From: Planctomycetales bacterium
GTDB taxonomy: Bacteria; 4484-113
DNA length: 64,000 nt
Assembly: GCA_037441675.1 (NCBI GenBank)
Contig: JBBIRS010000001.1
Coordinates: forward strand, 224,001-288,000
Direction: 5' to 3'
The number at the start of each line of letters is the position of its first letter. Within the stretch, counting starts at the first letter, position 1. Both the position numbers and the translations under genes were made by a program. Shown one piece after another: positions 1-9,739 of this stretch. Below the pieces are notes generated by a model, which saw only the letters and a program-made list of their open reading frames with translations, had not been told where the DNA came from and ran no database searches.

Positions 1-1
1 G

Positions 2-652
2 TAGAGATACAGTCTTAAGCGGGGCGCGCGTATCATGCCCACCCTGGGAAACCCAGTCCTTGTGCGCCCACTCTCTTAGTTCCTCAAGACTTGCTCTCTT
101 GCCTTTTGGTTTTAGTCCTTTGTAATTCGAAGTGTCCAACAAAGTTGAGTAATTCTTTGGGTTTGATAAATCAATAATCTGTTTCTTAGCGAAGTTAGAA
201 ACGCTTCTATCTACCAAGTTAAAGCTCAAGGAGTAAGTGCTTTCTGGAAGCCAGCCTACTTCTGCCTCTGGAGGTGGTTGATAATCCAGGTAGTTCTTAT
301 CAATATTTACCATTACTAAAGCCAGTTGTTGCCCTGGTTGAAAGTTCTTGATGGTGACCGTGCCATTCCCCTGACTATCCGTAATCATTGGGAATATTTG
401 CGCACCCCAATTTCCCTCTGGGGTGATTGGGGGTAATTCGGGAAGAGACGTGGATGGTGATGGTGGTTGAAAACCCGGATAGGCAACAAATCCGCCCTGA
501 TTGAGTGGTGGAGATTGGGTGGAAGGATTGTAAATCTGTCCGTTCGGTGGAGTTGTGGTTGTGGTTACATCTCCACCACCACCGCAGGACAACGCAAATC
601 CGCTTATTAAAATAATACTTCCCGCTAATAAAACGGCCTTAAGTGTTTTCAT
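2..652 (-). CDS. Lipoprotein, function unknown (3'-truncated by window start; absent from supplied ORF track)
   Basis: Read manually: ATG at 652, MKTLKAVLLAGSIILISGFALS-CGGGGDVTTTTTPP..., open to position 2; lipobox-like signal, Thr/Pro linker, GGAG upstream. Confidence 0.85.
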   Translation of the reverse strand, partial: MKTLKAVLLAGSIILISGFALSCGGGGDVTTTTTPPNGQIYNPSTQSPPLNQGGFVAYPGFQPPSPSTSLPELPPITPEGNWGAQIFPMITDSQGNGTVTIKNFQPGQQLALVMVNIDKNYLDYQPPPEAEVGWLPESTYSLSFNLVDRSVSNFAKKQIIDLSNPKNYSTLLDTSNYKGLKPKGKRASLEELREWAHKDWVSQGGHDTRAPLKTVSL

Positions 653-763
653 ATGCAAACTCCAATTTTTAATAAGGCTCTCAGTTAAATTATACCCAAT
701 CAAGCGGAAACATAACAATTTCATCCAAATCTATTGCTGTATTTATTATGCGAGAATTTATGG

Positions 764-1264
764 CTATTCAGTCTGTGATTCTGTTTCTTTGGCTTTTTCT
801 AGAAACTTCCTAATTAGCCTTCTGCCATTATTGATCGTTTCCAACACACTGCCAAAATCTCTATTCAGATTATCTAAGAGCTCATTAGTGTAAATTAGTG
901 CTTCATTTTTTATTTCTACGGCTTCCCGCTTAGCTTGAGCAATTATTCTTTCGGCTTCCTGCTGGGCTTCACGCACTATGACGTCCTCTTTGATCAACTC
1001 TTGCGCGCGCCTCTCCGCAGCTTCTAAAATTCGTTTATGCTCCTGCTTAGCGTTTTCTATAATTGAGTTACGCTCCTTAATAATTCTCTTAGCCTCTTTT
1101 ACCACCAAGGGTAAAGCTTCCCTCATTGCCATTGATATTCGGAAGAATTCATGGTCTGGAATGGTGACTCTATGCGGGAAGAAAAATGGTGTCCTCTGTG
1201 CGTAAGACTCCATTTCATCGATAAGCTTTTCAGCTGTATCTAAATCTGCAAACTCTTCAGTCAT
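764..1264 (-). CDS. Coiled-coil protein (DivIVA/SepIVA- or ATP-synthase-b-like family commonly found downstream of coaD)
   Basis: A/E/K/R-rich heptads (EAKRIIKERNSIIENAKQE...EAERIIAQAKREA); position directly after coaD. Confidence 0.7.
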   Translation of the reverse strand: MTEEFADLDTAEKLIDEMESYAQRTPFFFPHRVTIPDHEFFRISMAMREALPLVVKEAKRIIKERNSIIENAKQEHKRILEAAERRAQELIKEDVIVREAQQEAERIIAQAKREAVEIKNEALIYTNELLDNLNRDFGSVLETINNGRRLIRKFLEKAKETESQTE

Positions 1265-1294
1265 TTTCTCAAATATTTATATTTACTCAAGTTA

Positions 1295-1795
1295 TTAAAA
1301 CTCAGTTTTGAGTTGCTTACTTACTTTTTTCATTATAGCATCTTCTACCACCTTAGGCACAAATAGCGTTAAATCACCGCCATGCTGGGCAATTTCCCTT
1401 ACCAAGGAAGAACTAAGATAAAGGTACTCCAGGCTTGTTACAAAAAACACCGTCTCAATATCACTTGCCAGCCTTCTATTCATTAGAGCCATCTGAAATT
1501 CATATTCAAAGTCTGTTGTCTCTCTAAGACCGCGAATAATTACCGTTGCGTTCTTTTCCTTGGCGAAATCAATTAAGAGACCGTCAAAGGCGCAAACCTC
1601 AACGTTTGTAATCCCTGAGGTTACCTCCTTGAGTAGTGCAATCTTTTCCTCAAGTGTAAAAATAGCGTCTTTTTCCTTAGAATCTTTCGTCGTCGCAACC
1701 AAAACCTCAGGGAAAATCCGTACCGCTCTTTCTAGTATATCCAAATGCCCATACGTAATGGGGTTGAAAGTTCCAGGATAGACCGCCCTTGTCAC
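1295..1795 (-). CDS. coaD: Pantetheine-phosphate adenylyltransferase
   Basis: AVYPGTFNPITYGHLDI (HxGH-like), IIRGLR..DFEYE, LSSSLVREIA; 166 aa; GTG start. Confidence 0.96.
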   Translation of the reverse strand: MTRAVYPGTFNPITYGHLDILERAVRIFPEVLVATTKDSKEKDAIFTLEEKIALLKEVTSGITNVEVCAFDGLLIDFAKEKNATVIIRGLRETTDFEYEFQMALMNRRLASDIETVFFVTSLEYLYLSSSLVREIAQHGGDLTLFVPKVVEDAIMKKVSKQLKTEF

Positions 1796-2097
1796 TGTCC
1801 CTGTTCCTCTTGGGTTAATTTTTGAAACCTTAGTCTAGCCTGTTTCCTCTAATCCGTCAATTTTAGTATATCTCAGATAATTTTTTCTTGGAAAGAACAC
1901 CATTTTTACTTAACCCTGCTCATTTTACAGCGATATCTAAAGTTAACTCAATCGGATAACTTATGTAAGTGTTTGTGCTTCATCCACATTAAATTCGCGG
2001 GTAAGGATAATTGCTATTCTTCAATTTCATTAATATTAATTTTTTATTAGAGGGATGTTTACCATTGGGATTGATAGGGTAAAATATGATGTGCCAT

Positions 2098-3576
2098 ATG
2101 TCACTAAATTTCTTTAGAAAAATTTCTTTACCACAAAGAAGGCAAGGATTCACGCTCATAGAACTTCTTGTAGTTTTGGTGATAGTGACGATAATTTTAT
2201 CCATAGCAGTTCCCGCCATTCTAAGTGGTAGAAGCCAAAGAGTTCTTGTCGCCTCTGCGAGTAGGTTCTATGCGGATCTTCAATGGGCAATGACCGAGGC
2301 GCAGAAAAGTGGAACGAACTATTATCTCGGTTTCAAATGTGACGTGGATAGGGATGGGATAATGGAATTTGACCAGGGTGAAATTCTCGGCCATGAAGTT
2401 GGCCCTGCGCCAAGAGTGTTTAGGCGTGATGACCAAAGTTGGGTTACCATTTATGGTAAAGATGGTAATCCCGTAGGGGAAACGTTTTACCCTCCGGACA
2501 ATCCTGGCTATAAGAGAATAGCAACCGGTTTCTACATCATTAAGGAGTCGCCTCGCTTTTGGAGTATACCTAATTCTGTTATCGGCTCGGCACAACTAAC
2601 AGACATCCCTCGTGAAGGAACTCCTTATACTTATATTGACTTTCTAAACGAGCTTGATAAGTATAACGCAGACCCAAACAATTATCCCGCTCCCCTTGAA
2701 CCGCAGTATCCCATCGACGTCAATCGCACACTAGCGCGTGGCGGAAACGTAACTGGTCCATTCATTAATCGCACTTCTGTTCCCAAGTTCTTTTACCCAA
2801 TCGGGATGACAACGGGCGGAACTTATGTCGCTTCGTTTTTAGGTTACGATTTTGTTAGCGGAAACCTTGACTTTAGCGATATTAGGTATCAAGCGAACAA
2901 ACTGTTTTGTGTTGCGGACACTGAAGAGATACTACTTTGGGATCGCGTTGACTCAAACAGCGCTGATGGCGTGAGAACCTACGATACTGGTGATCATCCC
3001 CGCCTCAAGGACCAAATCTATGATTATGTCCTGGTAAAGGAGGTTGATTTACCTGATGGAATTTACTTCCTTAACCCGTGGAAAAATCTTTATCAAGTAG
3101 GCACAGGTAGAAGCTCGTATATGGATTTTCAATTTCTTCAGTATATTTACAGAATAGCCCCTGACGGCAGTTTCCGTGTTTACCATTGGACTTACAATCC
3201 GGAGAGCTTTCCAGATAACCCAGGTGGTCCAGGCTCCTTACTTAGCGAGCGATTCAATGCAGGTCTTGTTCATGGTATGCCGGAGCTTAGATTATCCACG
3301 CCTGATTTTGTTTTCTTCTTTCTTACGGTTGAGGAAGTCATTGACCCGGAACAAAACTTTAACGTTAAGGACACACGCCGTGCCCAAATGGATGATTTTG
3401 GCAGAGTCGTAACAGTCTGGACGCTTAATAGCAGAGTAACAATAGATCCTTACGCTCCGAATGACGCTGAACGACCAATAACACCTGCTGAAGCTCCAGT
3501 TGGCAGCGGTTGGTTTGTAGGGTTCAACTATTTGAAGAAGCGTGCAGGCTTAACTTATGACAACTATCCCTATTAA
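2098..3576 (+). CDS. Large minor (pseudo)pilin, GspH/FimT-like
   Basis: RRQG/FTLIELLVVLVIVTIILSIAVP class III signal with E5; FYADLQWAMTEA helix typical of GspH/FimT. Start moved to ATG 2098 because a TAAAAT -10 sits at 2080-2085. Confidence 0.8.
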   Translation: MSLNFFRKISLPQRRQGFTLIELLVVLVIVTIILSIAVPAILSGRSQRVLVASASRFYADLQWAMTEAQKSGTNYYLGFKCDVDRDGIMEFDQGEILGHEVGPAPRVFRRDDQSWVTIYGKDGNPVGETFYPPDNPGYKRIATGFYIIKESPRFWSIPNSVIGSAQLTDIPREGTPYTYIDFLNELDKYNADPNNYPAPLEPQYPIDVNRTLARGGNVTGPFINRTSVPKFFYPIGMTTGGTYVASFLGYDFVSGNLDFSDIRYQANKLFCVADTEEILLWDRVDSNSADGVRTYDTGDHPRLKDQIYDYVLVKEVDLPDGIYFLNPWKNLYQVGTGRSSYMDFQFLQYIYRIAPDGSFRVYHWTYNPESFPDNPGGPGSLLSERFNAGLVHGMPELRLSTPDFVFFFLTVEEVIDPEQNFNVKDTRRAQMDDFGRVVTVWTLNSRVTIDPYAPNDAERPITPAEAPVGSGWFVGFNYLKKRAGLTYDNYPY

Positions 3577-3615
3577 ATCTATTTCGCGGAATAAGGCATA
3601 AATGTGATCTGAATT

Positions 3616-4611
3616 ATGGATGCAAATGAAAAGAGAATTTTAATTGTTAAAAGGGAGGGCTTCTCGTTATTGGAGCTCTTAGTTGCAGTTTCAATTTTAG
3701 CCCTCACGATGGTTCCCATTGCATACTTTTACAATCGTGCTATTCAGGCAATTGAGAATGCCTCCATTCGTGGTAGAGCCTTAGCCCTTGCCCAGGAAAG
3801 GATGAACGAGATTTTAGCTATGCCTTACGAGAAGATTTACGCCAATAATGAGCCAGGTCCTTCTGATATTGAGCTAAACGGACTTGATCCATCCACTGAT
3901 AACGTTTACGACTCAAATGAATTTATGTTTCACTATCCATTGCCTCTTGGCTTTAATCCCTACCGTCCTCAAACCCTAGGGGTAGATAATCGTGACGTAG
4001 TGACTCAAGATCCCAATTCCTATGTTAACGGAAACAACCTGGGAGACCCGGCGGGAGCAAATGGTCCTATTGCGCCTCACATAAACATTAGAAGATACGG
4101 TGGCTCCCCCTACTATGAGTATGAGCCTATTGGTTTTTATACCAGGTTAAGGAAAAGTGGAAGCATCAGTTTTCCGGATCCATCAAGAGATATAAGGGCA
4201 AATCCAGTCTATGAAAGGACGGAGCAGACCCAAGATCTATTTTCAATCTATGGTAGGCGTACTATTATTTTGAATGTCGTGCCAGATCCTCCTGATGATG
4301 ACAACGATGGTTACCCAGTTGATTCGCCCCTTGATGGCAACGCAACTGTTCTTGATCCATACCCGCCTCTGAAGGGTCCCGCCAACAAGTTTATGGTTAG
4401 AAGTCGGCATGGCGCGCGCGGAAAGCTCGTCATCGTTCAGGTATTTTGGCTTCCACGCAAAGCCCCTAAGGATATCTTAACGCCTGACGAATTGAATATT
4501 GTTCAGCTAAAGAGTTTTATTCCCGCAGCTCCTTCAACTGGAACCATAACTTCCGAAAACGACCTCGTATCATCGAACAATTATCTTTTAATTACACCTA
4601 GTTCAACATAG
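3616..4611 (+). CDS. Large minor (pseudo)pilin, GspI/PilV-like
   Basis: REG/FSLLELLVAVSILAL; ALALAQERMNEI motif; C-terminal VIVQVFW strand. Confidence 0.8.
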   Translation: MDANEKRILIVKREGFSLLELLVAVSILALTMVPIAYFYNRAIQAIENASIRGRALALAQERMNEILAMPYEKIYANNEPGPSDIELNGLDPSTDNVYDSNEFMFHYPLPLGFNPYRPQTLGVDNRDVVTQDPNSYVNGNNLGDPAGANGPIAPHINIRRYGGSPYYEYEPIGFYTRLRKSGSISFPDPSRDIRANPVYERTEQTQDLFSIYGRRTIILNVVPDPPDDDNDGYPVDSPLDGNATVLDPYPPLKGPANKFMVRSRHGARGKLVIVQVFWLPRKAPKDILTPDELNIVQLKSFIPAAPSTGTITSENDLVSSNNYLLITPSST

Positions 4612-4687
4612 GCAATCCTATGTTAAACTATACTGTTTTTAATGTTGCTGAAATTAGGTTTAATTTATAGCTTTAATAATCATTGAA

Positions 4688-5755
4688 ATGTTACTTTTAA
4701 GAAGGGATGACAAAGTGAAGCCTTTGAGAGACAAAAATGGATTCACGCTAATAGAGTTGCTAGTGGTAATCTCGGTGATTCTCATCCTCGTTGGAATAGC
4801 AGTTCCCGCCCTGAATAAGGCTAGAACTTCTGCTCGTAACGCTGAAGTTAAAGCTGGTATCAACGAAATACATCAGGCTCTTTCCCAGTATTCTGTGGAC
4901 AATAATGGCTTCTTTCCAGGTATGCACTGGGTAGTTATGCCGGATTCAACTGGTCGTAGGTATTCCGGGACTCTATATTCAGGCTCAGCTCTTCTTGGGG
5001 GAACACCGGATTTTGGAAGCGATTTGGAGCAGAAACTCTTTGAGGTTCCCACACCTGATAATCCGCAAAGGTATCTTAGCGACGGAGTGACACCTGATCC
5101 AGCGCGAGTTGATGCTTTAGTTGAAGCGGGTTATCTTTTAAGTTACCCTGCAAATCCTTTCTTGAGAGTTGGTGGTAGAAGCCAAAGGCAAATGTCCAAT
5201 CTTTTTTACTTCAGGGCAGATCCCGAGTCGGGTCCGGTGTTCACCTACACGCCTAACCTTTACGATTGGAACAGATATGCGACGTTTGAGAACACAACTA
5301 TGCGTGCGGACTATGAACATCACGGTCGGGGTCACTTCACCTATATCCCAATAAATCCGGTTCACCCAATGGGGATAGATTACATTAACGACTGGGATAC
5401 CTTGAACAATATTTCCGATCCTGCTGAGCAAAACCGATTAAAGAGCCAGTTTTATCGCAATGTAAGGGCGTTCATTCTCATCGGTTGGGGTGCAACCAGA
5501 GCGGATGATTCCGTCGCCAAGGGCTTTTCCGTTAAATACTACAATCGTGACATAGGTGGCTTTGACTTTGACAATTCTCTAGATATTGACCCAGTAGAAT
5601 CTTCCATCCAGAATCTCATTAGATTTCATATGGACGAGACTGGTCAAATCGGTGGACCAAATGTTGGTGCCTACGGCGCTCCTGACGTTGATGGAATTCC
5701 CATCATTGATTCAGGTTTGTATGGAGCGGCAATAATAATTTCATCAGGCTTGTAA
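4688..5755 (+). CDS. Large GspG-like (pseudo)pilin
   Basis: KNG/FTLIELLVVISVILILVGIAVP; ARNAEVKAGINEIHQALSQYSVDNNGFFP; GYLLSYPANPF; exact start uncertain. Confidence 0.85.
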   Translation: MLLLRRDDKVKPLRDKNGFTLIELLVVISVILILVGIAVPALNKARTSARNAEVKAGINEIHQALSQYSVDNNGFFPGMHWVVMPDSTGRRYSGTLYSGSALLGGTPDFGSDLEQKLFEVPTPDNPQRYLSDGVTPDPARVDALVEAGYLLSYPANPFLRVGGRSQRQMSNLFYFRADPESGPVFTYTPNLYDWNRYATFENTTMRADYEHHGRGHFTYIPINPVHPMGIDYINDWDTLNNISDPAEQNRLKSQFYRNVRAFILIGWGATRADDSVAKGFSVKYYNRDIGGFDFDNSLDIDPVESSIQNLIRFHMDETGQIGGPNVGAYGAPDVDGIPIIDSGLYGAAIIISSGL

Positions 5756-5770
5756 AAAGGTAGATATATT

Positions 5771-6712
5771 ATGGGCGAGAAGACTAAGAATGGTTTTACC
5801 TTAATAGAGCTTTTAGTAGTCATAGTGATAATAGGTATGATTGCTGCGATAGCTATTCCTTCGTATCAGAAGGTTCGGATTAAAGCAAGGGAAAGTGAAG
5901 TTGCCAAGAATTTGGGCACGATTAACCTAGCCCTGTCTCAGTTTGGTGTTGACCACAACGGCTTCTATCCGTACCGTGTAAGCGCAGTGGATAACGCCGG
6001 AAATGTAATCACCACCTCCGATTTGGATGGTCTTTATCCACTGGGAATTTTCGGTGGCGTCAAAGTCTTGGATGATACCGGGGCGCTTAGAAGTACGTAC
6101 GTTCAGAATGGTTTTGTCCAGCCTATGTTTCCGGATGATAACTACTATCTTTACTTTAACCAATACACAGACCCTTTGGTCGCTTTGGGTTATCTAGCCA
6201 ACTATCCTAGGAATCCCTTCTTTCCCCGTGATGACCGACCGATGGGCAGTATTATTTGGGCATTCTCTGGTTCTGATTTAACCGTTCCTTCACGCTCCGT
6301 TGTGGTAACACCGGGTGATTTTGTATATACCTTTAATATGGGTGATCCCGTATCACCAGGTGGTCCAGGAGGAACTGCAGGCTCCGATGAGAGAGAAGAC
6401 CCAGATTCTACTATGCCCAACGCTGAAAGCTACAGTGTTGAACTTCCTAGTGGAGCTACTTTGAACTTTAGGCTTGATTTGATTGACTCGTATCAGCTAT
6501 GGGCGTATGGTAATTTGCCTATGAATGGTCCTTTTTGGGCAGTTTATGAGAATAATGATTACGCCCCTCCACAAAGAAGGGTTGAACCAAGAAGGGATTT
6601 TAACGGCAACGGATACCGTGATGCCTTTGAGGCAGGTATTATTTTATACTATTCCGCAGGTGGCAAATTCTACGAACAGGCAACTTCTGCGGGAGGAAAG
6701 ATTGTCTTTTGA
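5771..6712 (+). CDS. Large GspG-like (pseudo)pilin
   Basis: KNG/FTLIELLVVIVIIGMIAAIAIP; KARESEVAKNLGTINLALSQFGVDHNGFYP; GYLANYPRNPF. Confidence 0.88.
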   Translation: MGEKTKNGFTLIELLVVIVIIGMIAAIAIPSYQKVRIKARESEVAKNLGTINLALSQFGVDHNGFYPYRVSAVDNAGNVITTSDLDGLYPLGIFGGVKVLDDTGALRSTYVQNGFVQPMFPDDNYYLYFNQYTDPLVALGYLANYPRNPFFPRDDRPMGSIIWAFSGSDLTVPSRSVVVTPGDFVYTFNMGDPVSPGGPGGTAGSDEREDPDSTMPNAESYSVELPSGATLNFRLDLIDSYQLWAYGNLPMNGPFWAVYENNDYAPPQRRVEPRRDFNGNGYRDAFEAGIILYYSAGGKFYEQATSAGGKIVF

Positions 6713-6758
6713 TTTATTGATTGGAAAATAACAATTCACAAAATTGGTGGTGTGAACT

Positions 6759-7826
6759 ATGAAAGCCTTAGAGAATACTGTTAAGAGAGAAATGGGGAAA
6801 AGCCCTCTTAGGGGTTTTACCCTCTTAGAGATGCTTGTGGTAATTGGAATTATCGCCATACTCGTCACGGTGATGGTTCCGATAGTTCGTGGTGCGAGGG
6901 AGAAAGCAAAGGACGCCGCGGTAAAGGAGTACTGCTCAGCGATTGAGCAGGCTCTTGCAAGCTTTGCGTTAGCGCATGATGGCAATTACCCAGGAGTTGC
7001 ATTAGATGTGATGGCGCCATATCCAATACATGCGCTAGGTGATCCTGCCCTTTATCAGGGTAACGAGACGCCTCCTGGCTCTGTTGTGACCGGAGTAATT
7101 GGCGGAACGGGCTCCGCCATTCCTTCCACCAGTAGCGTTTATCAGTTGTTAAAGCAGGTAAAGGATACTCCTTTAGCGGGTAATTTGAATACACCAAGGT
7201 ATTTTGATTCTTTGATAGCTAGAGGTGCAATTGATGAATTTCCGAGAAACCCGTTTAAGAAATCTACTGGTCAGGAAGTTTCTAACAGAATGATTAACAT
7301 CTTCCGCTTTGACGGCTTTCAACCTCCTAATCCGCTTACAATTCCTCAAGACTTAGCAAATATTAACCCCTATCTATTGGTGAATCCTCTAGCGGATTTA
7401 AGTGTCCAGCCAGCGCCCGGGGCAGTTCCCGAAGCTGTAGGTAGTGTCTTTGCAGGCAGAATCAGGCTGTACGATTCCGCCCCAGGTGATGCCAGAAACG
7501 AGTGGAACTTTTATTTTGACCCTGACAGATACTTTGCGCCAGGCGATTTTGCCTATGTTCCAATCCTTAGCCTCACTAATGCCCCACCAATAGATAATCC
7601 ACAAACCCTGGAAAATGACAGATACACATGGGGAACTTTGGTTACAGGTTATATGCTATTCGGATATGGCTGGCAGGGGAACAAAACCAGTCAGTATGAA
7701 AAAGAGAAGGAGGAGTTTGGTAGAACTGGACTTCCGGGCTTTGGTGCTCAAGGGGTTGACACCCCATATGAGCAGGCGGTTTATGCCCTGTTTAATGGCG
7801 CTGTCTACTTTAGTAAAAGACCTTAA
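6759..7826 (+). CDS. Large GspG-like (pseudo)pilin
   Basis: LRG/FTLLEMLVVIGIIAILVTVMVP; AREKAKDAAVK...ALASFALAHDGNYP; GAIDEFPRNPF. Confidence 0.85.
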   Translation: MKALENTVKREMGKSPLRGFTLLEMLVVIGIIAILVTVMVPIVRGAREKAKDAAVKEYCSAIEQALASFALAHDGNYPGVALDVMAPYPIHALGDPALYQGNETPPGSVVTGVIGGTGSAIPSTSSVYQLLKQVKDTPLAGNLNTPRYFDSLIARGAIDEFPRNPFKKSTGQEVSNRMINIFRFDGFQPPNPLTIPQDLANINPYLLVNPLADLSVQPAPGAVPEAVGSVFAGRIRLYDSAPGDARNEWNFYFDPDRYFAPGDFAYVPILSLTNAPPIDNPQTLENDRYTWGTLVTGYMLFGYGWQGNKTSQYEKEKEEFGRTGLPGFGAQGVDTPYEQAVYALFNGAVYFSKRP

Positions 7827-7842
7827 CCTTGTCTAGCTTGTT

Positions 7843-9576
7843 ATGAAAGAGCAAAATACATCTCTTATGCCTAAAGCACGTGGATTTACCCTCATTGAGA
7901 TGATGGTAGTTCTTCTTATTACATCCATCGTGCTTCTGATTCTTGGGGCTCTCAGTAAAGCCACTTTTGATATTCTGCGCGCCGGTGAAAGTCGCGCTCA
8001 ACTTACTCGTAACGCTACCTTGGCAATTGATTATCTTGCAAGAGATATTGAAAGCGCTACCGCCATACCCAGGATGGATGATCGTGATCTAAATGGTGTT
8101 CCAGATAATGACACGGTTGCTGGGTATGGTTCTGATGCCAGATGGGTAGTTGGCTATAAGGTCGGTGATAATTACTTTATACCTTCGAGTTTCTTTATGA
8201 GTGAAGCCTGGTCAGACCATCTAAAAACTCTACACGCATCAGCGTATCGTGTGGACTTGAGCGGTGGGGTCATATATGAAGAACTATCCCCGCCAAAAAA
8301 CATTCGGATCCAGGGTGGGCGAGTCGCTAGCTACACATCTTACTTCCGTCTTGCAATTCCTACTACCCAAGAGAGTAATCATCCCTACCACCTTTCATCT
8401 TATGGAAATGTGTTTCTTCAGAATAACACCTACCCCGAGAGTGTAGCAGTAGGTTTTAGAACTGAGACAGCAGTTCTTACCCAGGATATAACTCAAACCT
8501 ATCGTTCTTATGGTGAACCAGAAGTAGAATCTGCTAAGCCGCTTTCAGAGGACTATCCTTATTACTACTACCCCTTTTATAATCAACCCATAGGAACGAA
8601 TATCACCAGAATACTCTTTGAATACTTCCACGAGGTGCCTGTCTACAAAGTAAGTTCTGAAGGAAGAGTCGCATACCGCAATCTTGCAAATGGGGATATT
8701 TCCTTTGAAGATGCGCCGACATGGGCTGAAGGTGGCACTGTTGGTGTGGTCTCTAGCTCAGTCCCCATTATTGACCATTTTGAACTTAAACACGTTGATG
8801 TTGTTGATAATTTAGAAACAAGCTACAGTATCCAAGACCAATACACGGATTTATTTTACTCTAGGGCTATTCGGAATCAACCACCGTTTCCAGATCCTGG
8901 ATGGTTTGCCCCGCCGTGGGGTGATCAGTCTGCCTACAATAGCTGGAACATTGGATTCTACTGGAACAATCCTCCAGACAGCCCCGACAATCCACCGCTG
9001 GATCATTATGCCTGGACCACTGATGGTGAGTTTAGGGCAATTAGATATGATACCGCCTATCTTCTCGGTAATGATAATTCGCGCCCAACGGGAGAGGATG
9101 TTGGGAATGCTGATGGAATACCTGATGGAGATGGCAAGCCGGATGACCCGGTCCCCACATTCTGGCTACCCTATGTTCGTGCTGTGCGTATAACTATTGT
9201 TGCGACTCCAACTAGCGTAATAAATCAACGTTTGAAATTATCAGGCGTTGAACGCGGCGGAAGAACTTACTATTACACCATTGACAGCCCAGTCCCCTAT
9301 CTTGATGTGAACCGAACTGTTCCTGCATATTCCGCCAAGGACTTTTACGTCGGCGAGGGCAAGGATGTCATCGTTACACGCACTGTTTATCTAAAGAAAA
9401 CCTTTAAGCTTGACCTGATAATCGATCCAACAGACTCAAGGCTCGGTGGGCGAAGAAGGGCGGATGAAAATTTCTTCCGTGGGGTAGAGTACGCTTTTGT
9501 TGACCCCCTTGATCCAGATTCCCTTATTCCCCCTCTTACTCCATACCAGAAGTATAGGGTTCTCAATCCAAATTAG
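7843..9576 (+). CDS. Large minor (pseudo)pilin, GspJ/PilW-like
   Basis: ARG/FTLIEMMVVLLITSIVL; NATLAIDYLARDIESA; late VRAVRITIVA and TRTVYLK strands typical of PilW/GspJ. Confidence 0.82.
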   Translation: MKEQNTSLMPKARGFTLIEMMVVLLITSIVLLILGALSKATFDILRAGESRAQLTRNATLAIDYLARDIESATAIPRMDDRDLNGVPDNDTVAGYGSDARWVVGYKVGDNYFIPSSFFMSEAWSDHLKTLHASAYRVDLSGGVIYEELSPPKNIRIQGGRVASYTSYFRLAIPTTQESNHPYHLSSYGNVFLQNNTYPESVAVGFRTETAVLTQDITQTYRSYGEPEVESAKPLSEDYPYYYYPFYNQPIGTNITRILFEYFHEVPVYKVSSEGRVAYRNLANGDISFEDAPTWAEGGTVGVVSSSVPIIDHFELKHVDVVDNLETSYSIQDQYTDLFYSRAIRNQPPFPDPGWFAPPWGDQSAYNSWNIGFYWNNPPDSPDNPPLDHYAWTTDGEFRAIRYDTAYLLGNDNSRPTGEDVGNADGIPDGDGKPDDPVPTFWLPYVRAVRITIVATPTSVINQRLKLSGVERGGRTYYYTIDSPVPYLDVNRTVPAYSAKDFYVGEGKDVIVTRTVYLKKTFKLDLIIDPTDSRLGGRRRADENFFRGVEYAFVDPLDPDSLIPPLTPYQKYRVLNPN

Positions 9577-9739
9577 AGCAATCTTCGTCCATACACTTTG
9601 AATGTGCATAGAGTATTTCCTCTGGTACTCTAAAAAACTTCAGTCATTCATCAATTATCTATTGATTAGATTATGAAATAGTGGGTAGAATTAAAATGAC
9701 ATTAAACATTACCCAAGTAGAAGAGAGAACTGAAGAAAT

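Noticed and set aside
555..893. 112-aa plus-strand ORF
   Set aside because: Antisense to the lipoprotein gene and the 764-1264 gene; no recognisable features
1295..1795. NadD rather than CoaD because of GTFNP
   Set aside because: RGLR..DFEYE and SSSLVRE motifs, length and gene context are CoaD-specific
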